Assembly (NCBI GenBank): GCA_023138975.1
Contig: JAGLON010000018.1
Coordinates: 32,381-96,380 of the forward strand
Direction: 5' to 3'
DNA from: Candidatus Zixiibacteriota bacterium
Lineage (GTDB): Bacteria > Zixibacteria > MSB-5A5 > GN15 > JAAZOE01
DNA: 64,000 nt
Shown here: positions 18,801-27,105 of the stretch, one piece after another
Position numbering within the stretch: the first letter of the stretch is position 1
Layout of the letters: every line of letters starts with the position of its first letter
Notes under the pieces: generated by a model
Database searches by the model: none
Told to the model about the DNA's origin: nothing
What the model saw: only the letters and a program-made list of their open reading frames with translations
Translations under genes and position numbers: made by a program

Positions 18801-20661
18801 TGCCCTGGGTATCGTGTAGATACTTACCAATAACGGATTTCGTAATTGTTTCCGTGCTATAATTACGACCGAAATGAATGAACGGCATATCCGGTGAACA
18901 AGAATAATTGAGAATGAACATAGGGTCGCCGTTTACATCATGTAGTCCGTTTTGCTCATATAGGACATTTGCAATCCATTGTTCACCATCCCATTTATAC
19001 ATATAACAATGTCTTGTTTGCCATCCATCTCGTTCGTCGTTGAGGATATGCGGATCCATATCATATGCCATGATATAATCATTGCCTGCAAATAGTCGAA
19101 CTCTTTCGCCTACTGGCGTCCAACTGACAGAAATAATTTCTAATTTCCAGTATCCGTTCATCCATCGCTTCACAACTATTCGATTATTAGTTCTGTCAAA
19201 CTTTGCAATCCAACCATCAGGAGATACAACGGGGTAATCTTTTTTACTGGTCGCGGTATGAGTGTCAATATCCCAATCCCAAAATCCATTCCAAGTTCCA
19301 TAGAGATCTTTATTTGCAGAAATACCGCTTGAAGGAGCGCGATCAAGGATGAACGAATTACCCGCAACAGATATTTGATATCGTTCCATTTGCTCAGAAA
19401 GTTTTACTGACAAGTCTGCAAAATTACTATCTGCCTCAATTTCTTTATAGTGAACTTGCATTTCACCGTCAAATGGGTTCGTTATTGCGCTGATCGCCCC
19501 ATAGTTAACATCGGAAATACTTGTATAGTAATCGAAGTGAGTCGGATCGAGCTCTGAATCTCCTAAGATAGAAGTTTTATAAATATCAGATAGCAGTAGC
19601 TTCTTGTATGTTGCACCGCCACTAGGATTAAGAAATGAATAACTAAATCTGACGCCTGACACATCATCATCAGAAGGGCCAGAGACATTGATGCTGTCAA
19701 GCTTATGTGTGCTATAGTATTGAGGCCTACTATCCGGATAGTACTCAAAGCAATCCTCCCTAACAGAATAAGCAAAACGTATGGCCGCACCTCCCGGGCA
19801 GGAAATTGTAGAGATATTTGATTCGCTAGTATATTGAGTACTAGATAACTGCGAAGAGTATCCCGTGTATACTCGTACACTTTTAGTCGTTTGATCATAG
19901 GAATAGTCTATTGCATTAAGATTCTCTGTGTCTTGAACTTTCTGTAAATCCCATTGAGTAGGATACAATGAAGGATAAGCAGAAGCTCCTGGGGAGAAAC
20001 TATTCCACCAACGCAATTGATACCGGGTTGCATTTCTCAACGTTCCATCATCAAAATCGCCGAATTTATATATCAATCCATTATCTTTTATAATCTGCCA
20101 TCCAGTTACAACCGATGTTCCATCTATTGTGCCTGTTGAGCGCGTTATAATCCATGGACTGCCGGTATTGGTAGTATATTGATTGTCCTCTAAAGGGATT
20201 AATTCTGTCGCACCACTTCCAAAATTGTAGTAATACTTATCATCTTCAAGTGAGACCGTATTAAAAGTAACTGCAACAACAGCTTCGGTCGGGATTGAGA
20301 AGCCCATGCCAATGGTTGAAGCTTGACTAACGTTATTTGGCTTATGGATATTGGCGGCAACCGCACCATTATAACTCAATGAGACAGAAACACCCATCCC
20401 ATTTCTCCCCGGTATTGAGACTAAAGGAATAACCTCTTTATGCTGCCCGGAGAATAAATCAACTGTGGCAGCGATATTCATATTACTTCCCGCGGTAGCC
20501 AGATTACTACCCTTAGTAGAAGCCTCTAAGCCCGTTTTATCTATAGGCAAACCCATGCTCTGCGCAAAAGATAATTTTGCTAACAATATCAATATAATTG
20601 CACATAGATAGAGAATTCTATGAAATTTAATACTTGTAACCGACATAATCCATCCTCTCAT
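12805..20661 (-). CDS. Giant secreted SpvB/TcB-N-like plus RHS/YD-repeat cocoon protein with C-terminal polymorphic toxin region
   Basis: 2618 aa with a signal peptide (LYLCAIILILLAKLSFAQS). The TcB/SpvB-like N-terminal motif reads IPLVSIPGRNGMGVSVSLSYNG...GMGFSIP. A CBM4_9-like jelly-roll segment lies around aa 1290-1440. YD repeats occupy the C-terminal third. The RHS core end reads YYHFMDHQQS...FGARFYNAETGQFVSTD...AGNNPTIGVDPNGYW and is followed by a ~302-aa tail. Confidence 0.85.
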   Translation of the reverse strand: MRGWIMSVTSIKFHRILYLCAIILILLAKLSFAQSMGLPIDKTGLEASTKGSNLATAGSNMNIAATVDLFSGQHKEVIPLVSIPGRNGMGVSVSLSYNGAVAANIHKPNNVSQASTIGMGFSIPTEAVVAVTFNTVSLEDDKYYYNFGSGATELIPLEDNQYTTNTGSPWIITRSTGTIDGTSVVTGWQIIKDNGLIYKFGDFDDGTLRNATRYQLRWWNSFSPGASAYPSLYPTQWDLQKVQDTENLNAIDYSYDQTTKSVRVYTGYSSQLSSTQYTSESNISTISCPGGAAIRFAYSVREDCFEYYPDSRPQYYSTHKLDSINVSGPSDDDVSGVRFSYSFLNPSGGATYKKLLLSDIYKTSILGDSELDPTHFDYYTSISDVNYGAISAITNPFDGEMQVHYKEIEADSNFADLSVKLSEQMERYQISVAGNSFILDRAPSSGISANKDLYGTWNGFWDWDIDTHTATSKKDYPVVSPDGWIAKFDRTNNRIVVKRWMNGYWKLEIISVSWTPVGERVRLFAGNDYIMAYDMDPHILNDERDGWQTRHCYMYKWDGEQWIANVLYEQNGLHDVNGDPMFILNYSCSPDMPFIHFGRNYSTETITKSVIGKYLHDTQGISFASGLESSLLQFDGRARATQTSEYCAWPIENEYFSPSYIYTSLGIADWSGSAWLHPDPVDTFIRHGGGWVDSVTAPLGRVLTDNAIFWERYKMDYTVTPYWKKAYAFSAIRGANGWVRTPARYVGDDYSGSEFYETMMSSQNLVITRHYNSLQIWQWTGTSQWVVTDFGSVPDESEIRVLDNLIVTMSPQGVLKAKRLINNTTWSATTTLLSEAYVGNDDEDVDDPADGYPNSMAFTVQDNYILAMDNSNKHAMLYTWENGAWVTNDLSSVMDTPGSTQHFLAFSTPSSFYIAQKLSSETKHYCFRKYGTQFSGKAAYPVVDYLLSYETQYDTAPVRVNFSYFGGILDESTSIPRFARSTVSLPFTTESSPEGYEVHCYYNDVDDNTFSVSGIPGFTFPDLENSITYGLQDGGYFLDGLEYLNYTFTTGDNASVCNDTTRNYYSVYQPPNYPDCVYRVQLDSVHTRQDLIANDVKYLHENDKGRLVSTRTKYKFNNSFMVDSIVYAADLPAYSGLADDNAITLVAKRINFLDNDGVATVLNKDGVDFALNGTWGAIQSYTWEDQDTETGKVIIQEVLPNGESFNEFGSMVSSVNGEGDSSCVKLGKDGLMIVARAVNCYPNDFLVQDFEQGYGWDSWVMLDDYHHQIIDDDAFTGKYCFRVRDNSGSNDYNWGPKRNFSADSLTDTRYYFSGWVKATDTIVVFCFGWDMYDNPISIPNNSIKFTEVSSTEWTRVEGVFDISSVAYLLDDFQFRVAMTDVLDAWAYFDDFRFHPLDAAINTTVFDPVTGRSVAIAGTDNLPIISKSDTFGRDSVTYNHRGNVLSRTEYSTVLTSAGLNWNKSIKFRSDVDSTTSVTFSDGLGQIVQTRIQESEDGSGSVIVGDTRQIDARGRVIRNYLPFVDQIAPNGLMDYSNEIQAHAEATQYYSASGPGADCGQYPYAELAYSKEYNSRVDSAANPGNDWSLSSERVKRFGHRVDVGQELIVDSTIDADNVIAENRFNRWGDFSQAVVHYSVNSTPRTSIRTSYADLRGRDTLIVIDTLSSTSAVEIQKNYFNQLDYTDSTWNRDYGTIRILYDRNGSVRFTQNDKQLVNNEFTYMKYDRNGRGTEEGVMGSADVYFTKARAENRYFPQSSHNPIVKFKFTFDYFVTSMNDTLLAPGRLVRVENGNSTYYREFIRFPANDSDLVITKLPNLYYRKAVGHSYNIRGDIVSNTFYPRYPSTTGKRKTELNYDQMGRLYELSNGDITGSSRQVYAQYLYNAASNPTTINFGLHKKYVSPGVYDIDTLQPFSYEYNSRSYLTSINDLSNIATTLAGCGSDTLHFAQSMDFGDSDPSAHHNGRVSSIESSTSISGAVRNHGYQYSYNELGWMTNADHVVDTWRNCEYNYNALGMRMSKVENTVSSEYTYWPNSSKLAIYTGCNLGQFLHYDEVGNLLSDPKSGIYQIKFDYRDLMTESALDPSLYNGRLDTLYFKYDEAERRIVKRYAYQIQVDCDPPDPYEIEIGGGKSNTIKPGIDTKDQTELSQEESAGHEKKSCIKNVNTEIYYLYDMGKVVATFKKGDIVEEYYINGLPGRIATYRYNSDNHLYYHFMDHQQSERMAMSGRFSFDPSVVQSIDYNPFAKVVHSIGNYHPRYTYTDKEMDGESSFDLYCFGARFYNAETGQFVSTDKAGQYVSRYLFAGNNPTIGVDPNGYWFGIDDLIVAAVSFTVGYITHGIQTGEWGWEAVEAGGKAAAAAWLGYNTGGMIGGWTSTPGTGAHAMISSTVSAGVSTASSQVMNEQKIGGRQFWSSLAGGAAGSAWGFYLDSDPLSSAFIGGAVQGGISEGSIRGVVIGGHTGFASGLMTHYAYTAYGKILTNKKLGEGAYGTDAEGIEGNHDDLRRQLKENFGMTDAEIEVIIADAKENYSCHDFALDLENSGLPKGAKRVIFEGQSHSAIDLGGTPYGQRYMLSKHGQALIIRVDTGRQLSTGTWLNYNIPAGYENTPYSPVYGPWRNSSE

Positions 20662-20832
20662 TTAACTCCCAACAACCAACACATCAAGATATTACTCAGG
20701 GATAGAGCGCCAAGCATGACATTCTAAGGCATCGAATTTGTCAATCCGATGCCTTTTCAATTTAGTGAATATTATTGTGCCAGAACATCATAACACTACT
20801 TGGTGTCCTTCTCAATAATACATTCCGAAGAT

Positions 20833-21138
20833 CTAACGATTGCCATCGTCGATGGGCTCTTCATGTGGAATTGGCCAATCCATCCATTTTGGTGGACAGG
20901 TAGAACAATATGTATAATACCCGCACTTGCTACCATCTTCAAAATATCCCCGCCAATATTGTACAATCACACCATCTGGTCCACGAGGACAGACACAAGG
21001 CGTGCTGGTGAAGACATATGTTGGTTGATAAACAGGGCACCATAATGCTTGTGCATCATTCGGGGTAACAAGAGTAATACCGACTCCAAGTGATAATGCA
21101 AAAGCAAATGTTGCTAGGGCAACCACAAATTTTCTCAT
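20833..21138 (-). CDS. Small secreted Cys-rich protein (6 Cys in ~70-aa mature part)
   Basis: The signal peptide reads MRKFVVALATFAFALSLGVGITLVTPNDAQA. The mature part contains WCP, PCVCP, KCG and YCSTCP. A good RBS (AAGGAG) lies 8 nt upstream. Confidence 0.6.
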   Translation of the reverse strand: MRKFVVALATFAFALSLGVGITLVTPNDAQALWCPVYQPTYVFTSTPCVCPRGPDGVIVQYWRGYFEDGSKCGYYTYCSTCPPKWMDWPIPHEEPIDDGNR

Positions 21139-21182
21139 AGACTCACTCCTTTTCTAATTTTTGGTTATATTTTAAGTAATAA

Positions 21183-21746
21183 TCACATGTGATTTGACAA
21201 AAATCGACTATTAATCAAAGGAATATACCCGGACGAGATAAATACCATAATACCATTATTATTCACTCCAACAATTGTTGGAAAACCGTTTATTAAATTG
21301 CTTTCGAGAAATTCATTCGATATATAATATGAAGGTATAGAATAATTCTCAGTGAAATATCCAGGATCACTTGATAACAAGATTAATTGACAATTGTCAT
21401 CCTTTAGAATACTTTCCCTTAACATAGCCTCTACAAACACCTTACATGGATCGCACCCCTCAGACACAAAACCAATGATAGTACTATAGCCATTAAGTAA
21501 GGAGTCTATATTTACTGTTTTACCTATTGAGTTTGAAGCTGAAATTACCGGCAGGCTTTCACCTATAGAAAATGAAGTTTTATTAAGCAAATCTGAAGGC
21601 GAGATTGTATTAGGACGTAAACTATCTAAAATACTCGTATTCGATGCGATAGTAACTCCGGTTTTCACACCAGCTATCATTATTACAGCAATACCAATTA
21701 TATAGAGTATTACCTTGAACAAAGGTTTTAGTTTTTTATAAATCAT
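21183..21746 (-). CDS. Membrane-anchored thioredoxin-fold (TlpA/ResA-like) thiol-disulfide oxidoreductase
   Basis: It has an N-terminal TM segment (VILYIIGIAVIMIAGV) and a CxxC motif in the typical context IIGFVSEGCDPCKVFVE. Confidence 0.6.
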   Translation of the reverse strand: MIYKKLKPLFKVILYIIGIAVIMIAGVKTGVTIASNTSILDSLRPNTISPSDLLNKTSFSIGESLPVISASNSIGKTVNIDSLLNGYSTIIGFVSEGCDPCKVFVEAMLRESILKDDNCQLILLSSDPGYFTENYSIPSYYISNEFLESNLINGFPTIVGVNNNGIMVFISSGYIPLINSRFLSNHM

Positions 21747-22086
21747 AAATAAATTTCCAGCGCAGAAATTAGAAGAGACACTCTTAGCCGCAAAGAGGTA
21801 CTCTTTTCAGTCAAAGTCCTATTTCTATGTGGGTTATTACGGAAGAGTTTGATTTCTTACAAATTATTCTAATAATTTTACTAATTCTTTCTTCGTCATG
21901 ACGAGAAGTGATTATTTTAGGCTTCGCATGCCATTAGGAGCATAGGTATACAATTGTATGGTAATGTGATACACACATTTTCAATAATTTCATTATCCAA
22001 TCAGTGTAAAATATATGAAAGTAATGTTGTTATTCAGCCTACTAAGACATCAAATAGTTAACAAATGATTAGAAAAACACTCGCTT

Positions 22087-25000
22087 CTAATCCGGTTTTC
22101 CGGTCAATACAAAGCCACCCCATAATAACGGATGCGCAGAACCTTTTTCTGCTCTGGATCTCTTGATAATACCAAGAGCTGATTCTCGGAGCGCATCCCG
22201 CTTTGACATACCACCGAGCCATTGTTTATAAAATTCTTCCATCAACTCAGCGGTTTGTTTGTCAGGAACTTTCCATAGACTCATTAGAATCGATCTAACC
22301 CCCGCATGCTGAAAAGCTCGGCGAAGACTAAATACTCCCTCACCATGCACCAATTCGCCAACACCGGTTTCGCATGCTGATAGAGTTGCAAGTTCAGTTC
22401 CGACAAGGTTCAATCCCGAAACTTCAAAAGCCGTCAGGATACCGTCTTCACCTTGCGGAAGGTTCCCTTCGTCAAAGTTCATTATACGGTTAGCCCCGGC
22501 TAGGATCAACCCTGATTTGAGTAAAGGGTTTTTTATAGCACTATTATCCCCTCCAATTATATCCTCACAAATAAACCCATGGGTTGAAAGATGCAATATT
22601 TTAGGAGGTGTAATAATACTTTTTAAAACTTCTTCATTTGCGTAAGTACCATAATATTCATTAACATCCATACTACTATTTTTTCTAATGCTCTTTACAA
22701 TTGAGTTCGCCTCCTTACGGCTGAACCTCAACCGCGCAAACTCTTCGCTAAAACAATCAGGTAAATCCCTAAATTGTTCTCCTATCGTAACAGAGCTCGT
22801 TTTCGGTGTATCTTCTTTATCAATACTCAAGACACCCAAAATTGACTCATCAAAATCAGGATCGGCTAATACTAGTGCATCCCTCGCGTGAATTGAGAGA
22901 CCTCTGTCAAACATTGCTAAATCACGAACTGATGAAAGATAGCTTATTCCGTATTTTTCAATCACATATGTATCATCGGGAGTAGGGAGTATCTCAAACG
23001 GTAAAAGGTTGAGCATACCATCAGGCGATATATATATATTAGTTTGGCCATCTAGATGAGAAGCCAAAGGTGCAAACAATAGACTATAAAGATTTCTGTT
23101 TATACTTTTTAGGCATTCTTCTGATTCAATTATCTGAGTTGAATAGACATCTTCTTGCGAATTGTATATTGTTTTTCTAGAGAAGCTTATCAGGCTATCA
23201 ATTTTATGTGCTTCTCCGAGATCAATAATATCAATCTTGCCAGAATGAACGAGAATAAAAGCCAAATATCTGGCATTGCCTACTCTTTCAATGTCATTAC
23301 CGGGGATACTAAAATCATATGGATCATACCTGACATATTCCCATAATACAACATCTTCAGAAAGGGATTGTGCAACTTCTGAAATATCTAATCGTTTTAC
23401 TATCAAGTTCTTATTGAATTCTAAACACAATTGCCCCAATTCAGTTTCAAGTGAATCTTGGATATTATACAGGACTTGAATACTATCACGGAAAATACCG
23501 TTTAGGTTACCGCTAAAACTTCTTAAAGCTATATTGGCTATCTTTGTATATATATCAGAACGTTCTTTAAGTTTATCTATAACTTTTTGATTGCTTGAAC
23601 AAAAAGCCGCTTCTTTTTCAGCCATGACTGCATCAATAACAGAGGATTTACCTTGAAGTACCATATTAAAAGCTTCATGTACAATATTCTCATCTTTGTT
23701 TAATAAAGCAAGCGACAGAAACGAATTGTCTATAAGAGGATATTTTTTTATCCATCTTAATTTCTGACTTTCAGATGAAGAAGTAAACACATACTCCATA
23801 AATTTTTGCCGAGCTCGTAATGATTTTTTATAGTTCTCCATGCTAATACTGTATTTGCCGGTGCAAGCATACAGCTTAGCTAAATTTGCTCGCATCTCAA
23901 TCACAATCGGATGTAATGACGTTAATACCCTCTCATTAATAGTTATAGCTTGCATATAGAAGGGTTCGGCTATGATATACTTGCCTTGGCTATAATACAG
24001 ATTACCTAGTCGGTGTAATCCGAAAGCTGTTTGCTTATGTTCAGGCCCATAAACTTTTTGTTTAATGGTGAGCGCCTTTTGTATAAGAGGTTCAGCCTCT
24101 GCATATCTTCCTTGTTTGGTATAAAGGTGCCCTATACGATTCAAAACATCGGCGACAGTAAGGTGTTCAGAACCATTGAGTCTTTCAAAGACATTAAGTG
24201 CTTTGAAAAAATATTGTTCAGCATCAGAATATTCAGATTGTACTACTTTGGAGGATGCGAGGTCGCACATAATTTTTGCTACTGAAGGGTGATCCCCCCC
24301 AAGTGTATTAACGATAATAGTTAAGGCTTGCATAAATAAAGAATCAGCTTCAATATATTTACCTTGTTTGAAATAAAGAACTGCTAGGTTGTTCAAAGAG
24401 TTTCCGACATCCGGGTGTATTGAACCAAGCCTGCTCTTCCGAATTGCTAATGAGCGTTTATGAGCTAATTCGGATTCAGCATAATTACCTTGAACATCAT
24501 AGAGATTACCTAAATCACTTAAATTGAAGGCTGCTTCTAAACTTGTTGCCCCATAAGTATTTTCACAAATATCTAATGCCCGTACAAATTTAGACTCAGC
24601 TTGGGAATATTTATTTTGGTTTTTATATATAATCCCTAAGATGTTAAGATCATTTGCAATCAGTGGGTGTTCAGTACCAAGATATTTTTCTCTGATTGCT
24701 AATGAACTTACAGCATATGATTCGGCTTCACCAAACTGTCCTAAATCTACATTGATAAGGGCTAGTTTATATAAAGTTTTAGCAATATCAACGATTTTGG
24801 GGTCTGTGACATTCTGTTTGATTTTTAATGCCTGTTTGCAAAACTTCTTGGACTTAATAAATTCTCTTTTTTTGTAATGATATTTGGAAAGACACTCTAA
24901 AATAGAAACAATTTCAATATCTGTTCTATCATATCCTGATTCCGCCTGCTCTAAGGCAAGATTCCCAAGAACAATTGCAGAATCAATATTATCTAAATCA

Positions 25001-25110
25001 TAAAGAAAATCAGCCTTTCGTAATAACTCTTGCTGATTTTGTGCTTCAGTCTGTTGACAACACAGGATTGAAATGATAATTAGTACAAATAAAAGAAGTC
25101 TCATCCTCAT
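22087..25110 (-). CDS. Exported TPR-repeat CHAT-domain protease, copy 2
   Basis: The signal peptide MRMRLLLFVLIIISILCCQQTEAQ shares the CCQQ..AQ ending with copy 1. It has many TPR_12-like repeats. The CHAT dyad is intact: ILHLSTHGF (His) and LATLSACETGVG (Cys). Confidence 0.85.
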   Translation of the reverse strand: MRMRLLLFVLIIISILCCQQTEAQNQQELLRKADFLYDLDNIDSAIVLGNLALEQAESGYDRTDIEIVSILECLSKYHYKKREFIKSKKFCKQALKIKQNVTDPKIVDIAKTLYKLALINVDLGQFGEAESYAVSSLAIREKYLGTEHPLIANDLNILGIIYKNQNKYSQAESKFVRALDICENTYGATSLEAAFNLSDLGNLYDVQGNYAESELAHKRSLAIRKSRLGSIHPDVGNSLNNLAVLYFKQGKYIEADSLFMQALTIIVNTLGGDHPSVAKIMCDLASSKVVQSEYSDAEQYFFKALNVFERLNGSEHLTVADVLNRIGHLYTKQGRYAEAEPLIQKALTIKQKVYGPEHKQTAFGLHRLGNLYYSQGKYIIAEPFYMQAITINERVLTSLHPIVIEMRANLAKLYACTGKYSISMENYKKSLRARQKFMEYVFTSSSESQKLRWIKKYPLIDNSFLSLALLNKDENIVHEAFNMVLQGKSSVIDAVMAEKEAAFCSSNQKVIDKLKERSDIYTKIANIALRSFSGNLNGIFRDSIQVLYNIQDSLETELGQLCLEFNKNLIVKRLDISEVAQSLSEDVVLWEYVRYDPYDFSIPGNDIERVGNARYLAFILVHSGKIDIIDLGEAHKIDSLISFSRKTIYNSQEDVYSTQIIESEECLKSINRNLYSLLFAPLASHLDGQTNIYISPDGMLNLLPFEILPTPDDTYVIEKYGISYLSSVRDLAMFDRGLSIHARDALVLADPDFDESILGVLSIDKEDTPKTSSVTIGEQFRDLPDCFSEEFARLRFSRKEANSIVKSIRKNSSMDVNEYYGTYANEEVLKSIITPPKILHLSTHGFICEDIIGGDNSAIKNPLLKSGLILAGANRIMNFDEGNLPQGEDGILTAFEVSGLNLVGTELATLSACETGVGELVHGEGVFSLRRAFQHAGVRSILMSLWKVPDKQTAELMEEFYKQWLGGMSKRDALRESALGIIKRSRAEKGSAHPLLWGGFVLTGKPD

Positions 25111-25288
25111 AAAACCACATTAATATTCCTATAACAAGATAACAATTGGGGAGTATATAATAGCTCAATTTAATACTTGTTAATATAATGCTAAATATAA
25201 CTATAGCAAGCTTAATCTTAATGCCCACAGAAGGTTCATTTACATTTTTAGAAGACTAACATTAGGATTTTATTATTTCCTTATTATT

Positions 25289-25978
25289 TTATTTAGGCTG
25301 AATAGTAAATCTATATTCCTGAATATTTGAGATAGTATTCCCGTTAGGATCACTTATAGTTAAACAGTACCTTCCTTGTTGCAATAAGTTACCAGATATT
25401 AAAAGATGCCCCCGGTCATATTCATCAAAGTTCTTATAGGATTGTTCACTATAAATAATTTTTCTGGAATCATCTTTAATATCAATATAATAACTTTTTC
25501 CTAGAACACTTCCTTCATATACAAAAGAAACTACAATATCCTGTTCGGCCATTGAGATTGGCACTTTTACTGTCTTTGATCGAACAGGGAAAAGCTGTAT
25601 GGACTGAATGGATTTAACGCTTGATATTGAAGTAAAATGCAAACCACGAGAAGCAGGATAAATAAGAAGTAAGACTAATAGTACAGGTATAGCAGGTCTA
25701 AGTATTACTGGAATATTGGGCCATAAATAAGTCCATATCTTATTAAGAAACGATGATTTTACAGAAATGCTATTATCAAGTCGCCGAATCTCATTTTTAA
25801 CGAAAGGATCCTTAAGTATCATTGCAGGGCGAGGACTGAAATCCTTAACTTCAGATGCACAATAGTCACATTTCATAAGATGTTGCTCAAAACACTCAGA
25901 TTTCTCTTCTGAAAGCAATCCCAATTCATATGCATGAATAAGTGAACCAATCGACTTATCAACACAGGCAGTCTTCAT
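25289..25978 (-). CDS. Single-pass zf-HC2 anti-sigma factor, copy 2
   Basis: The zinc-finger motif is HLMKCDYCASEV and the TM segment is AIPVLLVLLLIYPA. The C-terminal beta-rich domain is paralogous to copy 1. It has a 4-nt ATGA overlap with the sigma gene. Confidence 0.75.
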   Translation of the reverse strand: MKTACVDKSIGSLIHAYELGLLSEEKSECFEQHLMKCDYCASEVKDFSPRPAMILKDPFVKNEIRRLDNSISVKSSFLNKIWTYLWPNIPVILRPAIPVLLVLLLIYPASRGLHFTSISSVKSIQSIQLFPVRSKTVKVPISMAEQDIVVSFVYEGSVLGKSYYIDIKDDSRKIIYSEQSYKNFDEYDRGHLLISGNLLQQGRYCLTISDPNGNTISNIQEYRFTIQPK

Positions 25979-26502
25979 TTATTGACCTTTCTGCCATAGA
26001 CACAATCGCTTAACAATCCTCGACACCTATGGAGTATCACATAGAAATTATTTGAGCTTACTTTCAATTGATCACATATTTCTTCCGTGCTATAACCATA
26101 ATTAACTAAACTTAGTACCCGAATATACCTGGGATAAACCTTTGCAAGCTTTTCAAGACATCGAATAAGTATTCGCCTTGCTTCTGGATTCTCTTGCGTA
26201 GGATAAATATTATCAATGTTATCCATTATTTTAACAGCCCTATTTCGGACCGAAAGATCTCTCAAATGGCTACCTATTTTGTTTCTGAGGATCTTGTATG
26301 CCCAAGCCTCAAATTCAATATTAGGCGAAAGATCTTTGTATTTCTCTACTACAGTAACACAGGCATCCTGAGCAATATCTTCAAAACTATCATCTCGTAA
26401 TCTTTGTTGCGCAATTATAGTAAATCTTACACGAAGGTATTTAAACAGTTCCTCTTCCGCTGATTTATCTCCACTAATTGCTTTTGCTAATATTTGTCGC
26501 AA
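25975..26502 (-). CDS. ECF-type sigma-70 family factor, copy 2 (TTG start)
   Basis: 175 aa. MRQILAKAISGDKSAEEELFKYLRVRF parallels copy 1. The region 4 HTH is VNYGYSTEEICDQLKVSSNNFYVILHRCRGLL. The start is TTG, with AAGGAA 7 nt upstream. Confidence 0.8.
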   Translation of the reverse strand: MRQILAKAISGDKSAEEELFKYLRVRFTIIAQQRLRDDSFEDIAQDACVTVVEKYKDLSPNIEFEAWAYKILRNKIGSHLRDLSVRNRAVKIMDNIDNIYPTQENPEARRILIRCLEKLAKVYPRYIRVLSLVNYGYSTEEICDQLKVSSNNFYVILHRCRGLLSDCVYGRKVNK

Positions 26503-26616
26503 TCTGCTTTCCTTTTATTACAAGTTCTTCATCTAAAGATATTCTATTCTAATTCTTAGAATTTCAATTCCTTGCAAGATAAATAGTCAACATCGTTTAC
26601 CTAATCAAGAGTTAAT

Positions 26617-27105
26617 TTATCTCAAAATAGAATCGTCAGAGATCACCTTAAGGTCTCCTGTTTGATCCATTTCCCATTGATCGATAGGAGGATCATCATC
26701 TAAATGATCAGCAGTGGCAGTTACAGTAAAATGCTCAGCATCTCCGGCTATTTCATAACGATAGCGAGCAGATTTCATTATCTCCACACCCAAAGTATCA
26801 AAGGCATAAGGATTATTCCTGTCAGCAAAAATGCCAGCATCCGGAATCCAATATTCATCATGACTTTGAAAATAGGCTCGTTCTGATAAATATATTTGAT
26901 TTAACAAACCTTTGGCCTCTGTTTGTTTACTCCTTGTCGTATAAGCCATATATCTGGGTATTGCCAAACCGGCCAATATTCCGATAATAACAAGAACAAT
27001 TAAAAGCTCTATAAGTGAAAAACCAGTCTGCTTTTTTATTTGTTTTCGCGTAGTATTATTCTTTAGAAAACGCGATATAGTTTCGAACTTTCTTGGTTGA
27101 GACAT
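26617..27105 (-). CDS. Major type IV pilin/pseudopilin with unusually long (30-aa) leader
   Basis: The sequence ...KQIKKQTG|FSLIELLIVLVIIGILAGLAIP has the G-1, F+1 and E+5 positions. An ATG at 27105 has AAGGGA upstream. There is no in-frame ATG/GTG/TTG between it and the cleavage site. Confidence 0.8.
   Translation of the reverse strand: MSQPRKFETISRFLKNNTTRKQIKKQTGFSLIELLIVLVIIGILAGLAIPRYMAYTTRSKQTEAKGLLNQIYLSERAYFQSHDEYWIPDAGIFADRNNPYAFDTLGVEIMKSARYRYEIAGDAEHFTVTATADHLDDDPPIDQWEMDQTGDLKVISDDSILR

Noticed and set aside
21893-21904. Perfect 12-bp palindrome TCGTCATGACGA in the CHAT2/Trx intergenic region, considered as an operator
   Set aside because: Roughly 64000/4^6, or about 15, perfect 12-bp palindromes are expected by chance in a window of this size. 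It has no second copy and no supporting context.
25046-25228. 60-aa minus-strand ORF overlapping the CHAT2 start
   Set aside because: It overlaps the signal-peptide-coding start of CHAT2 in another frame. The translation is AT-rich and Ile/Leu-rich, typical of a spurious ORF.
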